The notes under the pieces: model-generated
Seen by the model: the letters and a program-made list of their open reading frames with translations, nothing else
Database searches by the model: none
What the model was told of the DNA's origin: nothing
In this document: piece by piece, positions 59,237 through 64,000 of the stretch
How the letters are laid out: each line of letters opens with the position of its first letter
How positions within the stretch are numbered: the first letter of the stretch is position 1
Translations under genes and position numbers: made by a program
Source: a virus
Reading direction: 5' to 3' (one strand)
DNA: 64,000 nucleotides
IMG/VR virus record: IMGVR_UViG_3300021185_001730
Location: 5,531 to 69,530 of that record

Positions 59237-59460
59237 TGATAATAAGAGATCTTCCATATAATGATAAAGGACTGGACTGGGTTGTAGATCAGTATAATAG
59301 AAATAGAGATTTTAAAGATCATATAACAATAGATGATCTTGCATCAGCTGAAAAATTAGCTGATGAGATTTCTTTCAGATTGATGGCAACAAAGAAGCAT
59401 CCTGATTACGAATGGTTAAATCAAAAATTAATAGAATATGTCAAAGCAAGTAACAAATAA
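59236..59460 (+). CDS. Small hypothetical protein
   Basis: 74 aa, TAATG-coupled to the upstream gene. Confidence 0.55.
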   Translation: MIIRDLPYNDKGLDWVVDQYNRNRDFKDHITIDDLASAEKLADEISFRLMATKKHPDYEWLNQKLIEYVKASNK

Positions 59461-59620
59461 AGCAACTGACCCAATGAGCCCACACAGCCCTAAAGTAAAG
59501 GCTGGTGGCTCAGTAGTAGTTGATAAGTCAACAGGTAATGGAGGTTTTGCAACTGGTGGTCAAACTAGTACAAGTAATATGTACGGTATACTATCAGGTA
59601 ACTTTGAGAGTAAAGACTAA
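59438..59620 (+). CDS. Small hypothetical protein (contains VKAGG motif)
   Basis: 60 aa, last + strand ORF before the convergent block. Confidence 0.5.
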   Translation: MSKQVTNKATDPMSPHSPKVKAGGSVVVDKSTGNGGFATGGQTSTSNMYGILSGNFESKD

Positions 59621-59641
59621 GAAGGCCAGATTATTACTAAA

Positions 59642-59926
59642 TCATCTTTCATTTTCTAGTTCTTTTTCTAAACACGCAAGAGCACGCCATGCTACTTTTG
59701 CAGTATGACGAATGCCATCATCATCTATAGTACCTGCATCAATCAGATGCCTAGCTAATGCATCATAGTCATCAGTAGACTTATTACGATCCCAATGCAA
59801 TGGCTTATCAGGATGATGCTGTTTGTTCCCTTGTAATGATACACGAGCTATTTCCATAATAGCTTTGGGAAAATATTTTAATACGCCAGTAAAGACTGGT
59901 CTTTCTTTTCTTTCTTCTGCTTTCAT
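59642..59926 (-). CDS. dATP/dGTP diphosphohydrolase-like protein (DUF5664 family)
   Basis: 'FPKAIMEIARVS..GN.QH...W......DALARHL......D.DGIRHTAKVAWRALA' family pattern. Confidence 0.75.
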   Translation of the reverse strand: MKAEERKERPVFTGVLKYFPKAIMEIARVSLQGNKQHHPDKPLHWDRNKSTDDYDALARHLIDAGTIDDDGIRHTAKVAWRALACLEKELENER

Positions 59927-60123
59927 TTATCTTTATTTTTACGGTAATCAAGTATAAATCCAATTAGGACGAGCATGTTCAATCCTAGACTTACTATAAT
60001 TTCATGGATATCTTTATAAACATTTACGCTTAGATGTATATGTCCAACGATCCAGAACGGTATTGCCATTTGCTGACTGTACCATATTAATGCAAATTCT
60101 AAAAACTTTTTCATGCTAACCAA
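59923..60123 (-). CDS. Small membrane protein
   Basis: 66 aa, two hydrophobic segments, ATGA overlap with the DUF5664 gene. Confidence 0.55.
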   Translation of the reverse strand: MVSMKKFLEFALIWYSQQMAIPFWIVGHIHLSVNVYKDIHEIIVSLGLNMLVLIGFILDYRKNKDK

Positions 60124-60332
60124 TCTCTTATACTTTCTCTACTAGAACTCTTTATAGTTATGAATATCACCATAACTTCACTCCAATAATCTATGAGCAA
60201 ATCATGCTTCATATTTTCACAGAAGTACTGCAACTGTAGGATATGTATATGCCCATCAATAGGGCCCAGCTTTTCATATATGCTGTTTGCTCTTTGTTCC
60301 GGTTCTGTCATTAGAGTATTTTTCCAATTCAT
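60111..60332 (-). CDS. Small hypothetical protein
   Basis: ORF 60111..60356. Start moved to the ATG at 60332 (or 60311) because the upstream part lies inside the structured element. Confidence 0.45.
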   Translation of the reverse strand: MNWKNTLMTEPEQRANSIYEKLGPIDGHIHILQLQYFCENMKHDLLIDYWSEVMVIFITIKSSSRESIRDWLA

Positions 60333-60346
60333 AATTAAACAGGTGA

Positions 60347-60424
60347 GGAGGCCCATACAAAGGTTAAAAACATTTAATAATTATTAATTGGCATACGCCT
60401 CTTTGTATGGTTGGTTTTGCCTCC
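60347..60424. ncRNA. Candidate structured element (multi-stem junction), function unknown
   Basis: GGAGGC/GCCTCC outer stem, perfect 10-bp CCATACAAAG/CTTTGTATGG, 8-nt bulge TTGGTTTT, three short inner hairpins. Confidence 0.45.
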
Positions 60425-60429
60425 CTTAT

Positions 60430-60513
60430 TTATTCACCCAGTTTTTTATTGAAGATTAAATATCCAATGGCTATAGTAAGTATTATAATAGTTACTGTTT
60501 GCCAAGGACTCAT
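60430..60513 (-). CDS. 27-aa single-TM micropeptide (not in ORF track)
   Basis: MSPWQTVTIIILTIAIGYLIFNKKLGE*; ATGA overlap with the DUF932-like gene stop. Confidence 0.55.
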   Translation of the reverse strand: MSPWQTVTIIILTIAIGYLIFNKKLGE

Positions 60514-61388
60514 AATCTACCCATATACATTTCATGAATCAGTCTCTTGCTTGTGATATCTTCATCAATGACTATATCAACTGCGTCTTCCATTGTTATA
60601 TCTATTAACTGTGGATCTGTATTTAACTCTACACCATTATACAAATTCTTGTTAATCAATTCCACTGTAATAAAATCATGAAAGTTCTGTTGATCATTTA
60701 ACCAGTCCCGTGGGTGTGCTTTCTTTAATGCATGCGTTACATGATTATAAAAGGCCCATGCACTGTAATTACCCTGACCATAATCAAAAGATGGTTTGTC
60801 CATCTCTTTCTTAATCATGGATGTTTGCTGTGTGTCAAGAAGATCCTCATCAATAAACAATCTTCCTACTAGCTCTGACTGTTCTTTACAACTAATATTT
60901 ATAGATTTAAGATATTCTTTATCAGCAATCAACCTTTTGTAATACTTCTCAGCATTCTTTATTTGGTCTGACATATGAATCTTAGTATCCATATTGGCTG
61001 TACCAGTATGTTTTCTATTATAATTCATCATGTCACCTGCAATCATACCGTTACCACATACTTTTACATATGCACCAACACTACATTGGAATCTAGTACT
61101 CTTGTCATAAGAGTTGGTCCAGGCAAACATCATACCCAGCTCTTCTTCCTGCATTGCAGTATCATCCGGGTTTGTTGGCCTTAAATAATAGATCCCCTGT
61201 GCTACATTAGCATTCATATTAGATCTATAGACTTCATTAATTATAGAGAATCCACTTGTTTTAAGTAGATTCTTTGCGTTATCTATCACTTCTTTGTGTG
61301 ATATAACTGTATAAGATTTACCGTGTACTGGTAAAGGTTCATTTTCTAGATATGCTCTAGTAACTTCTTTTGGTTTTGTGTATCCCAT
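60510..61388 (-). CDS. DUF932-like protein
   Basis: 'YTVISHKEVID...NSYDKS..FQCSVGAYVKVCGNGMI...RKHTG' family pattern. Confidence 0.7.
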   Translation of the reverse strand: MGYTKPKEVTRAYLENEPLPVHGKSYTVISHKEVIDNAKNLLKTSGFSIINEVYRSNMNANVAQGIYYLRPTNPDDTAMQEEELGMMFAWTNSYDKSTRFQCSVGAYVKVCGNGMIAGDMMNYNRKHTGTANMDTKIHMSDQIKNAEKYYKRLIADKEYLKSINISCKEQSELVGRLFIDEDLLDTQQTSMIKKEMDKPSFDYGQGNYSAWAFYNHVTHALKKAHPRDWLNDQQNFHDFITVELINKNLYNGVELNTDPQLIDITMEDAVDIVIDEDITSKRLIHEMYMGRL

Positions 61389-61407
61389 ATTGTAAACTTA
61401 TTTAGTG

Positions 61408-61438
61408 TAAATATACTAAATTAATCTGACTCAGCAAA
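61408..61438 (-). promoter_or_regulatory. Bacteroidetes-type promoter TTTG-N19-TATATTTA
   Basis: Minus-strand TTTG (61438-61435), 19-nt spacer, TATATTTA (61415-61408), upstream of the ATG at 61388. Confidence 0.6.
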
Positions 61439-62272
61439 TTAAAATATATATCTTATTGTTTCTAAAGGAAAATACTTCTGATATATCTTCTTAAATTCAT
61501 GTAACAATCTACCTTTATGCTCTAAAGGATACCTCATTACACCGGTTTGATTCTTAACTTCACTTGAGCGTCTCATCAACTCCTTTGCTTCTGGTGAAGC
61601 CTTGGCCATTTGATGCTTATGATTAGTTAATGCTATTACCTCACACTTATTTATGCCTGCATATGCATTTACTTCAGAAAACAAATCATTGTACTCTTCT
61701 TTCCAACCTGGATAAAAGACAAGAGGGCTATAATTTAAATGTACTTCCCAGCCCAATTTCTTGAGTCTATTAACATCAGTTATACGGCTCTCTATTGCCT
61801 GCATCTTAGGTTCTAATATATTAGAATACTTCTGAGGCATAAGACTAACACGAACCCTTGGTGGTTTATTAAAATGATTTACATCTAACTTCAATAAACC
61901 TGGATACTTTGTAGCCATAGTAGTATTAAGCTGCGGGTGATCATCATAACGTTTAAGATAATCAATCAACGGTTCTGGCATATGTTTTTGCATCATAACT
62001 AAATCTGAGTTACATGCTACATCTACCATAGTATATATAGGGTCTTGCTGATCAGGATTCTTAAAGTAACCTTTTTCCCATTCAACAACAGACTGAAATA
62101 TTTCATCAACGTTTTCATTGACAAAGACTCTTTTACCATTATACCTTGACATATAACAATAAGTGTCTACACAGCCACCAAAGCAACCATAAATGATGTT
62201 TGGAGCTATGCAGTTTGCACTATTGTTATTTGGTTTAGTAACTAAAGTCTTAGTCTTTTGGACTTTAATCAT
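61439..62272 (-). CDS. Spore photoproduct lyase-like radical SAM protein
   Basis: 'GCFGGCVDTYCYM' cluster motif, 'DVACNSD' (equivalent of the SplB Cys141 motif), 'ATKY', 'RVRVSLMP', 'LNYSPLV', C-terminal 'MRY...IRYIF'. Confidence 0.8.
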   Translation of the reverse strand: MIKVQKTKTLVTKPNNNSANCIAPNIIYGCFGGCVDTYCYMSRYNGKRVFVNENVDEIFQSVVEWEKGYFKNPDQQDPIYTMVDVACNSDLVMMQKHMPEPLIDYLKRYDDHPQLNTTMATKYPGLLKLDVNHFNKPPRVRVSLMPQKYSNILEPKMQAIESRITDVNRLKKLGWEVHLNYSPLVFYPGWKEEYNDLFSEVNAYAGINKCEVIALTNHKHQMAKASPEAKELMRRSSEVKNQTGVMRYPLEHKGRLLHEFKKIYQKYFPLETIRYIF

Positions 62273-63999
62273 TAAAATAATTTTAATTGATTAGCTGATA
62301 CAGATAATATACTATCTATCTCAGACTCAATTGCTTGCAAGTAGTAAACTTTATTGATATTATAGTTTTCCCATTTAGGTTCTACTTTCATATCATTATA
62401 TACTGTTTGCAACCAGCGGCCTGCTTCTAGTTGTATCTCTCTACCATCTTTCTTATTTACTTTTGTAATCTTAACACCTGACTTAGAAATAAAGTATCTA
62501 TTAATCTTTTGTAGATCTTCTTCTTTAAGAACACCATTTTCAATAGATCTAGCCACTTGTTTCCAATCACCTTTAGATTTACCACCAATACAATAATCTA
62601 AAATATTCTTATTTGTATCTAGATAATCATGAGGCAAGACATTATTTACAAAGTATTCATAAATAGCCTTTGGTATTACGAGTTTAGACTTGTTCTTATG
62701 TAACTGTAGATCATGGAAATCAAAACGTCCTTTTAGTTTTACAGGAGCAAAGCTAAACTTATCATTATCTACTTTAAATACATAATGAGGTTGACTCTGC
62801 TTGATCTCTCTCCACTTTGTTATATCTACTTCTACAAAATTATTTACGCCTATGTAATTATTTACATCAGAAAGAACTAGTTTTTGATATTCATCATGTT
62901 CTAATTCTAGATTGGTATTTTTCTCCCACTCTTCACATATTTGCATATATAAATCTGTGTGTTCTCTAGGAATGATTGTTTCTACACCATCTGTGTTATG
63001 TAATAAAGGAATTGCATTTGGTATCCTTTCCATAATTTGCTCATAAAGCATCATTAAAGTTAGCTGACCATTAATAGTAATCTTTAAACATAACTCTGGA
63101 TCATAAAAGAAACTGTTCTCATCATTACTAAGACCAAAAGTTGAATTAAGTATAATCTTATATACATAGTTCATTGGGTTGCTCTTAGGAATCTTTTTTC
63201 TTTCATTAAAGAACCACTCATACTGATTGCAAAACTCTTCTTTAGGAAAGTGACCTGGTGAAAACTTATTTCTAATAGCTAGATTAGGATAAAAACTAGT
63301 AACATCTGATGACATTATAACCATATCATCATCTGATTCATACACACCTTTGCTAGCAGCACCATGAACACCACCTAAACCAAAATCTGTTTTCACATTC
63401 TTATAGTTGACGCTATACTTAAAGTTACCCTTAAGTCTTGATCCATCAACTTCTAGAGATTTAAACCTTTCATGTAATGTCTGGAATTCAGGAGACGTAA
63501 ACTTAATATAAGGTAATATGATATCAGATATTTTGATGCTATCTCTTCTGGTTCTCATCTGCCTCAAGTCTCTCTTTTGAATGTTTAACTTTTGTGTCAG
63601 ATAATATCCAAAGAGTTCCTTGCTAATCCTTGGTTCAGATGCACTGTATAGATTAATACCATAAGTATCTGTTAGCTCCTTACGTAGTTTAATCTGTGAC
63701 TTTGACCTATTAAATATTTCTTTAGTTGACTGGACATCATTAACATTATATTCAATGATAGTATCAATCTCCTCAAGAGTTTTAATCTCAGTTGTATGAT
63801 TTATAGGCATGTCCAATATATTCTGCCAGTCCATACTGTATTGTATCCACTTAAGACTAGAACGTTTAGCCGGGTTATCCCAATGATGTAACTTAAATAG
63901 ATCTATTTGACCTATCTTCATTTTCCATATGGGGTAATCCATAAACTCCTTGTTATTAGACTTATTGATACAGTACTGTGCGTACTTATAAAGAATATT
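62272..63999 (-). CDS. polB: Family B DNA polymerase (5' part beyond window edge)
   Basis: Motif A SDVTSFYPN, motif B KIILNSTFG, motif C NTDG, ExoIII YNVNDV; the frame is open to the window end. Confidence 0.9.
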   Translation of the reverse strand, partial: NILYKYAQYCINKSNNKEFMDYPIWKMKIGQIDLFKLHHWDNPAKRSSLKWIQYSMDWQNILDMPINHTTEIKTLEEIDTIIEYNVNDVQSTKEIFNRSKSQIKLRKELTDTYGINLYSASEPRISKELFGYYLTQKLNIQKRDLRQMRTRRDSIKISDIILPYIKFTSPEFQTLHERFKSLEVDGSRLKGNFKYSVNYKNVKTDFGLGGVHGAASKGVYESDDDMVIMSSDVTSFYPNLAIRNKFSPGHFPKEEFCNQYEWFFNERKKIPKSNPMNYVYKIILNSTFGLSNDENSFFYDPELCLKITINGQLTLMMLYEQIMERIPNAIPLLHNTDGVETIIPREHTDLYMQICEEWEKNTNLELEHDEYQKLVLSDVNNYIGVNNFVEVDITKWREIKQSQPHYVFKVDNDKFSFAPVKLKGRFDFHDLQLHKNKSKLVIPKAIYEYFVNNVLPHDYLDTNKNILDYCIGGKSKGDWKQVARSIENGVLKEEDLQKINRYFISKSGVKITKVNKKDGREIQLEAGRWLQTVYNDMKVEPKWENYNINKVYYLQAIESEIDSILSVSANQLKLF

Positions 64000-64000
64000 A

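Larger units (their letters stand above)
1..64000. mobile_element. Segment of a crAss-like (Crassvirales-related) bacteriophage genome, probable Bacteroidetes host
   Basis: Gene order IHF-like, tail ring, tail tubular, stabilization protein, large cargo proteins, giant DFDID RNA polymerase. PolB and RNR lie on the opposite strand. No host housekeeping synteny. Bacteroidetes-type promoter motifs present. Confidence 0.88.

Noticed and set aside
59621-59641. Bidirectional terminator at the convergence of the + and - blocks
   Set aside because: Only 21 nt with no convincing stem-loop.
59642-59926. Calling a 2-aminoadenine (Z) or 7-deazaguanine genome from the DUF5664 gene
   Set aside because: No synthetase genes for either pathway are visible in this window, and DUF5664 alone is insufficient.
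60347-60424. Possible tRNA gene
   Set aside because: Cloverleaf-like, but there is no TTCRA T-loop, no D-loop GG, no 7-nt anticodon loop and no CCA. Kept only as an unknown structured element.
25207-63999. Inteins or group I introns in RNAP, nrdA/nrdB or PolB
   Set aside because: No intein splice motifs or homing-endonuclease signatures recognised; nrdA, nrdB and the visible PolB have compact, uninterrupted motif spacing.
1-64000. Stop-codon reassignment (TAG/TGA), known in some crAss-like phages
   Set aside because: Very long ORFs and near-complete coding density under the standard code; TAG (12199, 45437) and TGA stops fall at sensible gene ends.

Overview
This window is a 64-kb, AT-rich, gene-dense segment of a tailed phage genome of the crAss-like (Crassvirales/phi14:2-like) type. 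The host is probably Bacteroidetes (Flavobacteriia): the window carries TTTG-N19-TAnnTTTG promoters and a class Id-like ribonucleotide reductase. On the + strand, 1-45.4 kb holds Cys-rich vWA/FN3 virion proteins, a metallophosphoesterase, an IHF-like protein, tail ring/tubular/stabilization proteins, four putative ejected cargo proteins, a 4649-aa virion RNA polymerase polyprotein (DFDID), a 1921-aa ejection protein and a holin. On the - strand, 45.4-48.5 kb holds nrdB, nrdA and a lipoprotein. On the + strand, 48.6-59.6 kb holds a chain of micro-ORFs, a second holin and three fiber/adhesin proteins with a shared N-terminus. On the - strand, 59.6-64 kb holds family B DNA polymerase, a spore-photoproduct-lyase-like radical SAM enzyme, a DUF932-like protein and a DUF5664 nucleotide diphosphohydrolase. 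The most notable observations are: (1) a recurrent [M/Y/F/A/K]-x-x-G-G motif that separates effector-like modules (ART-like, lysozyme-like) in cargo polyproteins and makes up much of several micro-proteins; (2) an unannotated 28-aa CDGSH [2Fe-2S] microprotein; (3) an SPL-like enzyme with CX3CX4C spacing coupled to PolB; (4) a multi-stem intergenic element sharing GTTGGTTTT with a second hairpin; (5) a phage-specific promoter motif TTTGTAWATTA-N4-TRTA. All functional calls come from motifs read by eye; no searches were run.
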